From: an uncultured virus (IMG/VR IMGVR_UViG_3300002030_000016) | Lineage: Duplodnaviria > Heunggongvirae > Uroviricota > Caudoviricetes | DNA length: 20,000 bases | IMG/VR virus record: IMGVR_UViG_3300002030_000016 | Direction: 5' to 3' (one strand) | In this document: positions 1 to 8,407 of the stretch, piece after piece | How positions within the stretch are numbered: position 1 is the stretch's first letter | Layout: every line of letters starts with the position of its first letter | The notes under the pieces: generated by a model | The model's input: only the letters and a program-made list of their open reading frames with translations | What the model was told of the DNA's origin: nothing | Databases searched by the model: none | Translations under genes and position numbers: made by a program

Positions 1-1
1 G

Positions 2-130
2 GACAATCTCACCAACGCCGGTCCAGACGCGGGTGGTCCCGCTATCGAAGTAGCCGGTCATCATCAAAAGGGGGTGGACAGTCTGGCTTTTCGCCGCTTC
101 GTCCATCGCTGCTGTCAATCCACGGGTCAT
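2..130 (-). CDS. Putative tail hub/baseplate-type protein, N-terminal fragment running off the left edge
   Basis: Not in the ORF track. ATG at 130 overlaps the upstream stop (ATGA). Translates as MTRGLTAAMDEAAKSQTVHPLLMMTGYFDSGTTRVWTGVGEIV, resembling N-termini of proteins that follow the distal tail gene in proteobacterial siphoviruses. Confidence 0.6.
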   Translation of the reverse strand, partial: MTRGLTAAMDEAAKSQTVHPLLMMTGYFDSGTTRVWTGVGEIV

Positions 131-732
131 AGTGGGCGCAAATCCTCTTCCAAGGCCAAGACGTTCAAGTCGTTGGCCCGTTCAAATCTCACTTCAGCAG
201 CCACCTTGTCCTGCTGCAGCCGCCACAATCCTTTAGGGTCATCAAGAATCACCACCGCGCCGGATGCCGATGTGGTGAAGATCGCAGGGCGAATGTTCAG
301 GGTGGTGGCGGTTCCATCGCCGGTCGCATCATCCACAATGCTGTGAAGCCGCGTGCCTATCTGGATGATCGAACCTGCCTTAAATTCTTGGCCTGCCTCA
401 GATGTCACGCTGACCGATTGGCTGCCAGCCGTCGCTTCAGCCGTCAACGTGGGGTTCGCGCCAGACACGCGAAGACCAAACCCCGGCATCCCGTACCAGA
501 ACCGGCCATACCGGCCTTCCAGCTTGAATAGCATCGCGTACCAAGGCGCGGCTGTCGCAGTCGTCATCGCCTGAAACCGCAGTTCCGACATCCACTTCGT
601 CCGGGGCCATTTGTAGATTTTTGGCGTTCCGCTGTAGGGCGATTCAGAAATGGCTGTGGTGTTGGTCAGCGACGGGCGGCACAAAATCGGAAGTGGGCAA
701 TGTGGCGCGGTCAGTGGGGTGGGGTTTGTCAT
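127..732 (-). CDS. Putative distal tail (Dit-like) protein, 201 aa
   Basis: Directly follows the tape measure gene. Motif pattern SESPYSG..IYKWP..KW..ELRF...AMLFKLEGRYGRF, then a beta-rich insertion. Confidence 0.6.
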   Translation of the reverse strand: MTNPTPLTAPHCPLPILCRPSLTNTTAISESPYSGTPKIYKWPRTKWMSELRFQAMTTATAAPWYAMLFKLEGRYGRFWYGMPGFGLRVSGANPTLTAEATAGSQSVSVTSEAGQEFKAGSIIQIGTRLHSIVDDATGDGTATTLNIRPAIFTTSASGAVVILDDPKGLWRLQQDKVAAEVRFERANDLNVLALEEDLRPL

Positions 733-735
733 CGA

Positions 736-3700
736 TCAGTTCCCTGCCAGTTGGCGACGATAACCACCGCCGTCTTGCGACCTGCTGGCCACTTGGGTCA
801 CAGCCATTTCGACGGATTTTTCACCCATCTGTTTGATTGCGGCATACATGCCGGGTTCGGTCACACCGGCATCCACGTTGTTCGTCACATAGACGTTTTG
901 CTGTGGAGCGCCGCCGCCGCCGGGTACTTTGGGGATGATCGTTCCGCTTGTATCTGGGACGAACAGTTCCGGGCGTCGTTCACCCACGATGTACGGGGTG
1001 CCCTTCCTGACGGAACCACCGTGTTCCCTGCCAAAGATACTGCTTAGACCGCCGCCCAGCAGAGCGCCAAGCCCACCCAGCGCACCGCCGGATTGACCTG
1101 CACCATCGACACCCAGCAACTTTTCGAAGAACCCGGTTGCGATGATCTTCAGGATTTGGATGCCCAGCTTTTTCAAGCCATCTTCCACGTTGTCCAGATC
1201 GTCCAGCAGACCGGCGAACCCTTGGGCAAGCTGTTCATTCGCCTGCTGTTGGGCCTTTTCACCCTCTTCGATCTTGTCCCTGCGTTCTTCGATCTTTTCG
1301 TTGGTCGTCTCTACCGAGTTTCGATAGTCGATTTCCGCGCCCTTCAGATCACGCATCCGCTGGATTTGATCTTCCGTGGCGCTTTCACCCAGTTCACGGA
1401 TGGCCTGTTGGATTTCGAATTCGCGTTCCAACGACAGGATAAGCCGGTCGCGTTCATCAATGATTGCGGTGATTTCTTCCAGCGTCGTTGCTTCACCGGC
1501 CTGTTCGTAGGCATCGTTGATCACGTTCAGCCGATCATCACGGCTACCACCGCCGCTGGCGATTTCTTCAAGGCGTTCCTTGATGCGAAGCTGGTCCTTC
1601 AGCCGCTCTGTCAGCCGCTCTGTCTCTGCAGTCTCTTCGCCCAGCTTGACGATCTGCTGGCGAATGGCAGCTTCATCGACTTCAACGCCACCTTCACGCG
1701 CCGCATCTGCAATGGCGCGGGCCTTATCGCGGGCCGCAATCGCTCTGGTTTCTGCCTCATAGGCTTCCGTGCCTTGGGCAGTTGCCGCCTGCAACCTGAT
1801 CTGATCAGCGAGGTTCTGGCGAAGACCCGCCATGCTTTCGTTCAGCTTCTTGCGTGCATCAGCGGCCTTTTTCGCTGAAGCTGTGGTCAGGGCTTCCTTT
1901 TCAGACAGCAGCCGGTTCGCATTTCCGAGTTCAAGCGCCAAACGGGTGCCTTCGGCAACAGCTTCAGCATAGGCCACATCCCCACCAGACCGCTTCAGCG
2001 CGTCTTCCCTCGCACGGGTGACGGAAAGCCGGTCCTGCTCTAATTTCAAAGCATCCTTGACGGTCTGGGCGCGCTGGGTTTCGAACCCACCAAGCTGTTC
2101 TTGGACAGCGGCAAGGTCTTCCTGCAGACGCTTCTGTCGCTTCTGGGCGTCTTCACGCTTTTTGGTCGCAGCCTCTGCCTTCTTGGCAGCGTCGTCATCC
2201 GCCTTGGCCTTATCCGTGGCCAGCTTCTCACTTTCGGTCAGAAGGGTGTTGGCCTTCCTGATCTGGATGTTCAGTTCTTCAGCGGCCTTGGCTGATTTCG
2301 CGTAGGTTTCATCCCCGTCCGATTCCCTCAAGGCGTCTTCGTAAGCGCGGGCGATTTGCAGCTTGGCCTGTTCCGTTTCCAGCGCATCCCGTGCGGTCTT
2401 GGCCCGTTCACCTTCAAACCCACCAAGGGCTTCTTCGATAGACGCCAAATCTTCACGAAGACGGGCTTCATTGCGGGCTGCATCCAACCGGCGTTCACTG
2501 GCCACATCCCGCTTCAGACTGGCTTCCTCTTCAGCCCGCGCGGCCTCTTCAGAAGCAGTCCGTTCATCACGGGCTTGTTCCACTCGCTGACGACCGTATT
2601 CGTTCAGAAGCGCGAAGGATGCTTCCCGGCGCTGCTGCAGCCGGACCACTTCCGCGATTTCGTCAGCTTCGCTTTCGGTTTTCCCTTTGGTCAGCGCATC
2701 TTCACGGGCGCGTTCGATGGCAAGGCGCTTTTCCTCAGTATCGATTCTGCGTTCAGCCGTGTTGGCCAACTCAACATCAACGCCCATGATTTCGCGCTGG
2801 ATGACCGCGATGTCTTCCTTCAAGCGCCTGATCTTGGTCAGGTTGCTGATGGTCTTCTTCTCTTCGGTGTCAGCACCGCCACCGCCACCCGAAGCATCTT
2901 CGTTGTCTCCGGTTCCGGTTGTGGGGACGAAAGACGACTTTTTCGGGTCAAAATTCAAAGCATCGTCAATGGCTTTGCCGGTCTTCTTGGCTTCGGCTTC
3001 AAGACGAAGAAGGGCATCGAATTCCTGAATGAACAGGTTGTCCGCTTCGGTATTCTCGCCTGCAAAGATGCGCGCCCGGACCTGTTCAGCCTTCTTTTCC
3101 AGAGCAGCCAAGGCTGCTTCTTCGGAAACCTGATCAACCAACGGAACCCGCGCCCCGCCGCGCCCCGGCCTAACACCCCTTGGCGCAATCTCACGAAGGA
3201 TTGGTTTTTGGAGGGCTTCGCGTGCAACGCTTGCGGCAATCTGCAGTTCTTGTTGCTTCACCTTCAGGACAGCCGCGATGGTTTTGGCTTCTTCCTGACG
3301 TTCTTCGATACGCGCCCGGATGGCTGAAATCTCAAGGGCAGCCGCGTTCTGGGCGGTTTCACCCTCTTTTTCGACCGCTTGTTTGTACCTGTCAGACGCC
3401 TGCTTCAGATCGTTCTTCGACTGCTCAAGATCACGATTGACCGATTCCAGACGACTTGCAGCTTCACCGGCTTCAGTGATTTTGGTCTGAAGGTCTTCGA
3501 ACTTCTCAGAAGTCGATTTGGTTTGATTGGAAAGGTAGTACATCGCACCGGCAATGGCTGTGATCGCAAGACCGATTGGGCCACCAAAGAAGGCCAGAGC
3601 CGCCTGCAGACCACGCACAGCGACCGCTGATGCTGCTGCGCGGGATGTCAGGGCAGCCATACCCCCAGACAGCAGACGCCCTGTCCTGTCGGCTTGGATC

Positions 3701-4560
3701 ATCGCTGCCCCGAACCGTCCAACCAAGATGGCCGCGATGACCAGAAGCGCATCGCCCAACGTGTCCAGATTTTCGGCAAGCATATCGATGCCGCTGGCAA
3801 GCGCCGTCGTGATGCCCAGAGACTGATCAGCAGAACCGATGTAACGGGTAAAGGCGTTGTTCAGCTTGGTCAGTGCGCGGGGGATGTTGCTTTGCATCCG
3901 CTCCGCGATGGCATCGGACTGGGCCGCGTAGCCGTCCAGAGCATTCAGGACCACATCGGTTGTGACCTTGCCTTCAGATGCGAGGACGCGAAGCTGGCCA
4001 ACCGTGACCCCCATGCTGGCAGCGATGGCGCGGGCGATTGCTGGGGCACCTTCCAAGACGCTGACCAGTTCATCCCCGCGAAGCGACCCACTCGCGAGTG
4101 CCTGACCCAGTTGCCGGATGGCAGCCGTCGCACCCGGCGCGGCCTTGGCGATGGTTTCCGTCAGGCGAAGAAGTTTGGCCTGCGACAGACCCAGACCGTC
4201 TGTCGCAACGATCAGGTTTGCGTATGTCTGGGTGACTGCAGTGATTTCAGAGTTTGAACGCTGGGCCACTTCATAAAGACGCTGCTGCGCTTCAGCGATG
4301 GCGTTTTCATCATCGATCACCCGGCGAAGGGTGTTGCCCAATTCAGACCATGCGTTGGCGTACTTCGTGACCAGATTCGCGGTCAGCCCAACGCCAATCA
4401 GCCTGATGGCAGTCTGCACCTTACGCGCCATGTCCTGAAACTGCTGACCAACATGGCGGGTGTCATTATCGACACCTTGGCGAAACCGTCTGCTGTTGTT
4501 TTGGTAGCCCCGGAAGTCGGCATCATAGACCGCGTTTAGGCGTTCAATTGTAGTTGGCAA
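736..4560 (-). CDS. Tail tape measure protein, 1274 aa
   Basis: TTG start with strong RBS (TAGGAGG). N-terminal tape-measure domain (AIRQLGQALASGSLRGDELVSVLEGAP), hydrophobic segment, long Ala/Glu/Arg coiled coil, and C-terminal GGSVRKGTPYIVGERRPELFVP motif. Follows the chaperone genes. Confidence 0.95.
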   Translation of the reverse strand: MPTTIERLNAVYDADFRGYQNNSRRFRQGVDNDTRHVGQQFQDMARKVQTAIRLIGVGLTANLVTKYANAWSELGNTLRRVIDDENAIAEAQQRLYEVAQRSNSEITAVTQTYANLIVATDGLGLSQAKLLRLTETIAKAAPGATAAIRQLGQALASGSLRGDELVSVLEGAPAIARAIAASMGVTVGQLRVLASEGKVTTDVVLNALDGYAAQSDAIAERMQSNIPRALTKLNNAFTRYIGSADQSLGITTALASGIDMLAENLDTLGDALLVIAAILVGRFGAAMIQADRTGRLLSGGMAALTSRAAASAVAVRGLQAALAFFGGPIGLAITAIAGAMYYLSNQTKSTSEKFEDLQTKITEAGEAASRLESVNRDLEQSKNDLKQASDRYKQAVEKEGETAQNAAALEISAIRARIEERQEEAKTIAAVLKVKQQELQIAASVAREALQKPILREIAPRGVRPGRGGARVPLVDQVSEEAALAALEKKAEQVRARIFAGENTEADNLFIQEFDALLRLEAEAKKTGKAIDDALNFDPKKSSFVPTTGTGDNEDASGGGGGADTEEKKTISNLTKIRRLKEDIAVIQREIMGVDVELANTAERRIDTEEKRLAIERAREDALTKGKTESEADEIAEVVRLQQRREASFALLNEYGRQRVEQARDERTASEEAARAEEEASLKRDVASERRLDAARNEARLREDLASIEEALGGFEGERAKTARDALETEQAKLQIARAYEDALRESDGDETYAKSAKAAEELNIQIRKANTLLTESEKLATDKAKADDDAAKKAEAATKKREDAQKRQKRLQEDLAAVQEQLGGFETQRAQTVKDALKLEQDRLSVTRAREDALKRSGGDVAYAEAVAEGTRLALELGNANRLLSEKEALTTASAKKAADARKKLNESMAGLRQNLADQIRLQAATAQGTEAYEAETRAIAARDKARAIADAAREGGVEVDEAAIRQQIVKLGEETAETERLTERLKDQLRIKERLEEIASGGGSRDDRLNVINDAYEQAGEATTLEEITAIIDERDRLILSLEREFEIQQAIRELGESATEDQIQRMRDLKGAEIDYRNSVETTNEKIEERRDKIEEGEKAQQQANEQLAQGFAGLLDDLDNVEDGLKKLGIQILKIIATGFFEKLLGVDGAGQSGGALGGLGALLGGGLSSIFGREHGGSVRKGTPYIVGERRPELFVPDTSGTIIPKVPGGGGAPQQNVYVTNNVDAGVTEPGMYAAIKQMGEKSVEMAVTQVASRSQDGGGYRRQLAGN

Positions 4561-4572
4561 TGGGTCAGCCTC

Positions 4573-4794
4573 CTAAACGGGGTGTTCGCCCCGTCTGATC
4601 AAATCAGCAGCGCGTCGATATTCTTCGTCTGTCATGGGCTTCCCTTTGGTCGTGCCGTTCTGCCCCCGTCGTCTGGCGTTGACGCCTTGGGTCAGTTCGA
4701 TGAATTCGGGAAGTGTCAAATCGCCCAATGCGCTTGGGCCGATTCCTAGTTCTGCGAGCGCCGCGAGCGCCTGCGATTTCGAGAGCGGTTCCGC
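4573..4794 (-). CDS. gpT-like extension of the tail chaperone reached by -1 frameshift (fusion 5213..4573, about 213 aa)
   Basis: The -1 frame after GAA AAA AAA AAG reads AEPLSKSQALAALAELGIGPSALGDLTLPEFIELTQGVNARRRGQNGTTKGKPMTDEEYRRAADLIRRGEHPV*. It has no obvious start or RBS of its own, and its TAG overlaps the tape measure RBS. Confidence 0.8.
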   Translation of the reverse strand, partial: AEPLSKSQALAALAELGIGPSALGDLTLPEFIELTQGVNARRRGQNGTTKGKPMTDEEYRRAADLIRRGEHPV

Positions 4795-5213
4795 TTTTTT
4801 TTTTCGAAGCGGGGGCTGTCTTCTTCCAAGACTTGGGCACCCATCATAGCAACGCCGATGATGGCCTGTGCGACCTTGGCCGCTTCCAAAAGGCCCATCC
4901 CGTCATCAGAGCAAATACGGTCCACGACGCCACGGGCTTCACCCGGCTGTGCGCCACCACCGATCAGGGCATGGCGGATAACTTCCGTCACGTCCTTTCC
5001 AGAGAAAGAACCGTCAGCCAAGTCCTTCCAAATCTGCCCAATGGGCTTGGGCCTCTTCCCGTCATCCCCGAAATATCCACAGACATCTTCAACTTCGAAG
5101 ATGTGTTCCATGCGAAGACGGAATTGACGTTCAGCGCCCAAGATATTGAGGGTAGTCCCGCCGCGATAAGCATTGCGACGGGCTTCCTTCTCGTGGTCGT
5201 TATCCCAGATCAT
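4746..5213 (-). CDS. Tail assembly chaperone (gpG equivalent, GTA-gp10-like), 155 aa
   Basis: Lies between the tail tube and tape measure genes. DVTEVIRHALIGGG motif; ends across an A10 run. Confidence 0.8.
   Translation of the reverse strand: MIWDNDHEKEARRNAYRGGTTLNILGAERQFRLRMEHIFEVEDVCGYFGDDGKRPKPIGQIWKDLADGSFSGKDVTEVIRHALIGGGAQPGEARGVVDRICSDDGMGLLEAAKVAQAIIGVAMMGAQVLEEDSPRFEKKKRNRSRNRRRSRRSQN
4794..4804 (-). promoter_or_regulatory. Programmed -1 frameshift slippery site (A10G, containing A AAA AAG)
   Basis: Canonical bacterial slippery heptamer in the correct frame at the conserved G/GT position. Confidence 0.8.
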
Positions 5214-5659
5214 GCAGCATCAGTCCAAGGGAACGCACCGTCGTTGCCGATGGTCAGCGAGACGGTCGCAACATTGGTCCGGTTGCCTTTGACTTCGAAG
5301 GTTTCGAGCAACCAGCTTCCAGCCCAGTGACCGCCGCCCTGTGCGCCAGTACCGCCAACAATCAGGCGACCAGCAGCAGATGCTTTCTGGGCGTGAAGCG
5401 TGCGGTAGAGCGACAAGGATTCGCGTGCCAGCTTGCCGGTCGCTTGGACGTTGCAAGACGTGGACAGCTTATGGCGAAGGATCACAGCCAAGTTGTCAGC
5501 GATTGGGTCGCAGTCGTAGACTGTATCGTTCGAAATTTCCGACTGGAAGTTTGCGGTCCACTCTTCAAGACCACATGGGTCCAGATAAGTCCCCGCGTTG
5601 TCCGGGTCTTCAAAAGCGAAGTATAGCTGCCCCGGTGCAAGGGTTGCAGGTGTGGTCAT
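5210..5659 (-). CDS. Tail tube (major tail) protein, 149aa
   Basis: PCGLEEWTANF...YDCDP...GSWLLETFEVKG...SLTIGNDGAFPW pattern; lies between terminator and chaperone genes. Confidence 0.85.
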   Translation of the reverse strand: MTTPATLAPGQLYFAFEDPDNAGTYLDPCGLEEWTANFQSEISNDTVYDCDPIADNLAVILRHKLSTSCNVQATGKLARESLSLYRTLHAQKASAAGRLIVGGTGAQGGGHWAGSWLLETFEVKGNRTNVATVSLTIGNDGAFPWTDAA

Positions 5660-6105
5660 GGTCGTTCCTCTTCGATGCTTGCGCCGAATGTGACGCGGAT
5701 TCGTTCAATGCCGGATAGGCGCTCCGGTAGTGATAGGGTTGTCGTGTGGACCAGCCGTGCCAGCGTGAAGCCGGTCAGCCGGAAAAGGTCGTTGCAGTGC
5801 GCGAAGTGAAGAAGTTTCTTCACCGTCCGCCCCTTCTCACGGACGAAGACATTTGCCGCTTCGCCATTCAGGCTGGTGTCATCAAGACGCGCCCAGATGT
5901 CGATGTGCAGTTCAAAATCATCCATGTCCAAGCCGTTTGCCCCGTCCTCGTTTACAGGCCCGGTGCCAACGGTGATGGCTGGATAGTCAGTCCCTTTGGG
6001 CAGCCAATCCATGTAGATCGATGCCCCAAACGACGGGTAGATGTCCGGGTTTCTCTTAAATTCAGCATGGACTGCTGCAATCAGTTCAAGGTCTGGCGTG
6101 GTCAT
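5656..6105 (-). CDS. Tail terminator/completion protein (DUF3168-like), 149 aa
   Basis: YPAITVG...ELHIDIWAR motif and synteny; ATGA overlaps at both ends. Confidence 0.8.
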   Translation of the reverse strand: MTTPDLELIAAVHAEFKRNPDIYPSFGASIYMDWLPKGTDYPAITVGTGPVNEDGANGLDMDDFELHIDIWARLDDTSLNGEAANVFVREKGRTVKKLLHFAHCNDLFRLTGFTLARLVHTTTLSLPERLSGIERIRVTFGASIEEERP

Positions 6106-6503
6106 GACGTTGACCTTCTGAAAGCAAGACGAAGGTTCTGCAGTGTTTCAGGCAGTTCCGTCTTGAACGATGGGGAAAGGTGCGGGCGCGGTTCCATGTT
6201 CGAGTGGCCCAACTCAAGGTTTTCCGAGTAAGGCACCGTGGACCCAACGCGGATGGGGAATTTGTTGGGTTCGAAGAAGGTCTTGTACGACTGGTGCAGT
6301 TCGCCGGTGTCCGCGTTCGGATATTCACCGGCAAGGGATGCGATGTGACCGGCACCAAGGATGGCACCTTCCAAGATGCCTTCAACCGTGGTGTCCTTTG
6401 TTCGCTCTGCTGCATCCAGCAGGATTCTGAACGCGCCTGCCCTGACCCTGCGTTCCATTTCTTTCTCTGAAATGAGGGTCTGGCGGACGACTTTGAAGGT
6501 CAT
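6102..6503 (-). CDS. HK97 gp10-like neck/tail component, 133 aa
   Basis: HIASLAGEYPNADTGELHQS...YSENLELGHSNMEPRPHL motif. Confidence 0.85.
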   Translation of the reverse strand: MTFKVVRQTLISEKEMERRVRAGAFRILLDAAERTKDTTVEGILEGAILGAGHIASLAGEYPNADTGELHQSYKTFFEPNKFPIRVGSTVPYSENLELGHSNMEPRPHLSPSFKTELPETLQNLRLAFRRSTS

Positions 6504-6796
6504 ACAGCGAAGGTTTCAGCCACTCGCCTAGCCCCATCGTCCAGCGCCTTCACCCGGTCTTTCGGGCCGGTGATTGGTCCGAACAGATACCGGCGGACTT
6601 TCCCCTTCGCAGGACAATCAGCAAAGAAGTACAGCGCATCCGCTGTCGAATCCCCACTTAGGCTGATCACTTCAGGGCGCTTCTTCTTCAGACGACCGGC
6701 AATCAGCGCCATCGTCTGGTTTGCGAAGTCAGCCATGTCTGGGCCAATCTTCTTGATTGCGCCGGGTGTGTCTTTCGGGGTCACTTTGAAAATCAT
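6500..6796 (-). CDS. Hypothetical protein in neck cluster, 98 aa
   Basis: ATGA-coupled to both neighbours; no family recognised. Confidence 0.7.
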   Translation of the reverse strand: MIFKVTPKDTPGAIKKIGPDMADFANQTMALIAGRLKKKRPEVISLSGDSTADALYFFADCPAKGKVRRYLFGPITGPKDRVKALDDGARRVAETFAV

Positions 6797-7191
6797 TTGG
6801 TGGGCCTCGCATGGACGGTGGCACCAGCCCGCGCAGGGTCGATGTCCATCACGCCAACAATTCGATAGACGATTCCCTGACCGCGCGGACCTTCCAACGA
6901 AACGTGGTCCCCGGTTTCAGGGTCGATAGGAACGCCGTGAAGCAGGAAATAGATGCCAACATCTTCGTCTTCACGGGACGCTTCAGAGCCTTGCCGCGTC
7001 ACCCTGATGCGGGATGCAGCAGCTTCGTAGCTTTCGACAATCCCGATGATGGGATGGTCAACAGGCAGTCCCCTGATGGGGTTGCCGTAGCGGTCTTGGG
7101 TGTCCCGCGCAGCACGGGTCAGTTTGCCCGGTAGCAGATCATCCTTGAACGCTTCGTTCATAATCTCTGGGATGTCGTCCAAGAAACTCAT
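6793..7191 (-). CDS. Putative head closure (stopper) protein, 132 aa
   Basis: Likely start MSFLDD at 7191 (AAGGTG upstream). C-terminal GDHV...YRIVGVMDIDPARA pattern and synteny. Confidence 0.7.
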   Translation of the reverse strand: MSFLDDIPEIMNEAFKDDLLPGKLTRAARDTQDRYGNPIRGLPVDHPIIGIVESYEAAASRIRVTRQGSEASREDEDVGIYFLLHGVPIDPETGDHVSLEGPRGQGIVYRIVGVMDIDPARAGATVHARPTK

Positions 7192-7211
7192 TTGGCACCT
7201 TCTGAATGATG

Positions 7212-7338
7212 ATGCGCGTTCCCTGATTAGCACCCCCCTCTATCCGCGACGGGTGGTTTGCCGGGTGCTGAGACACCCAGATCAGGACATTGGCTATACC
7301 GCAACGCGCGCAAACGCCACGGGCGACAGTCGCGGATT
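7212..7338 (-). ncRNA. Candidate structured RNA with a 9-bp pseudoknot, unassigned
   Basis: Fills a 148-bp gap. Pairings: ATCCGCGAC/GTCGCGGAT, GCGCGTT/AACGCGC, TCCTGAT/ATCAGGG, CTGGGTG/CACCCGG, CCACCC/GGGGGG. Confidence 0.5.
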
Positions 7339-7339
7339 T

Positions 7340-7879
7340 CTAGCGTCGTCTCTTCGCGGTCAGGATTGGAATGTCAGCAGATGACGAATCCGAAACATCC
7401 CCACCGTATTCGAGATACGCCGTTAATGCAGATTTGAGCCAAAGATAATCGGTGGCCACAGCAGCAGCCACATTCGCACCTTTGACTTCGAAATTCTCAA
7501 CTTCAACCGAACCGGCCTTGACCCTTTTTCGCCCACCAAGTTCGATTGGTGATCTGTAGAGGGAAACCCCGTCCGATTGCATCCCGACAAGCTGGCAGAC
7601 AGCGAGCATGACGGGTCTGGGCACCGCATCCATCCCAGTTCTTGGAAACGCCAGTGCTTGTGTTGCTTGAAGTGGTTCATCCCGCCACTGGGCATCGACA
7701 GTCGCTGGCCAGCCGGTCAGCCACTCTGAAGCGACAATCGCCCGCGATTGCAGTTCAGCATTGTCTGATGCTGTGACAGCCGCGTTGGGACGATCAGCGA
7801 AGTAGTCTTGGATGAAGGCCAACGAGACGAAGCTGTTGGCGTTAGCCAGCCCCGTCCCGTCTTCTGGTGTGAACGCCAC
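7340..7879 (-). CDS. Head-tail adaptor (often annotated DnaT-like ssDNA-binding family), 179 aa
   Basis: GTG start. MAFTPEDGTGLANANSFVS...QALAFPR...KRVKAGSVEVE motifs; two genes after the capsid gene. Confidence 0.8.
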   Translation of the reverse strand: MAFTPEDGTGLANANSFVSLAFIQDYFADRPNAAVTASDNAELQSRAIVASEWLTGWPATVDAQWRDEPLQATQALAFPRTGMDAVPRPVMLAVCQLVGMQSDGVSLYRSPIELGGRKRVKAGSVEVENFEVKGANVAAAVATDYLWLKSALTAYLEYGGDVSDSSSADIPILTAKRRR

Positions 7880-8398
7880 TTACTTCTTCTTCGCAGCTTT
7901 GTTCAGTTCAGCCACCTGCTTTGTCAGGTCGCCGTTTTCCTTCGTCAGCTTTTCCAAGTCGGCTGCCTTGGGGGCTTCGGAAAGTTGCTTCGTCAGATCA
8001 GCTACCTGATCAGTCAGGTCTTTGATCTTGGCGGCATCCTCTTCAGATGCGTTGCTGTCGAGTGCAGCAGCATCTGCAGCGGCCTGCGCTTTTTCGGTCA
8101 TGTCCTCCACCGTTTGGGTGAGGGTCGCGACCTTGGCCTGTGCTTCGTCACGGTCAGCTTCCGCTTGGGTCTTGTCGGCTTGCGCCTTCTCAAGTTCCAC
8201 GCGCAGGTCGTCCGATTCAAAATCACCATCTTCGTCGTCCGAAACGGTGAGATTGCGTTCATTAACGTGGCCTTTCAGCACATCGTTGGGCACCGGCTTT
8301 TCGATGTTCTTCGATGCGCCGGGGGCGATTAACTCAACCCCCCCGGCCTCAGTCAGAACTTCGATGGCAAACGTCGCATTGTTGGTAAACTTAGGCAT
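7880..8398 (-). CDS. Hypothetical acidic coiled-coil protein after the capsid gene, 172 aa
   Basis: RBS TAAGGA; small N-terminal beta domain followed by a heptad-rich helix. Confidence 0.8.
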   Translation of the reverse strand: MPKFTNNATFAIEVLTEAGGVELIAPGASKNIEKPVPNDVLKGHVNERNLTVSDDEDGDFESDDLRVELEKAQADKTQAEADRDEAQAKVATLTQTVEDMTEKAQAAADAAALDSNASEEDAAKIKDLTDQVADLTKQLSEAPKAADLEKLTKENGDLTKQVAELNKAAKKK

Positions 8399-8407
8399 GG
8401 TCTTTCC

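Noticed and set aside
1093..4257. Long plus-strand ORFs (261, 323 and 187 aa) opposite the tape measure gene, and similar ones across the window
   Set aside because: Antisense shadows of GC-rich, codon-biased minus-strand genes, with no recognisable motifs.
4604..4840. 78-aa minus-strand ORF as the gpT partner
   Set aside because: It is in the +1 frame and Arg-rich without motifs; the -1 frame ending at 4573 gives the gpT-like sequence.
7212..7338. Assigning the structured element to SAM-I/IV, ZTP, c-di-GMP-I, hammerhead, twister or HDV-like classes
   Set aside because: Only fragments match (GGCAAACC, GGUGCUAA, CGCGACUG, CUGAU). Required cores such as CUGAUGA/GAAA, twister UAA, the HDV L3/P1.1 and the SAM-I AUC-AGAG junction are missing.
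7192..7342. Stop-codon readthrough fusing adaptor and stopper
   Set aside because: The frame after the TAG is not the frame of the downstream gene.
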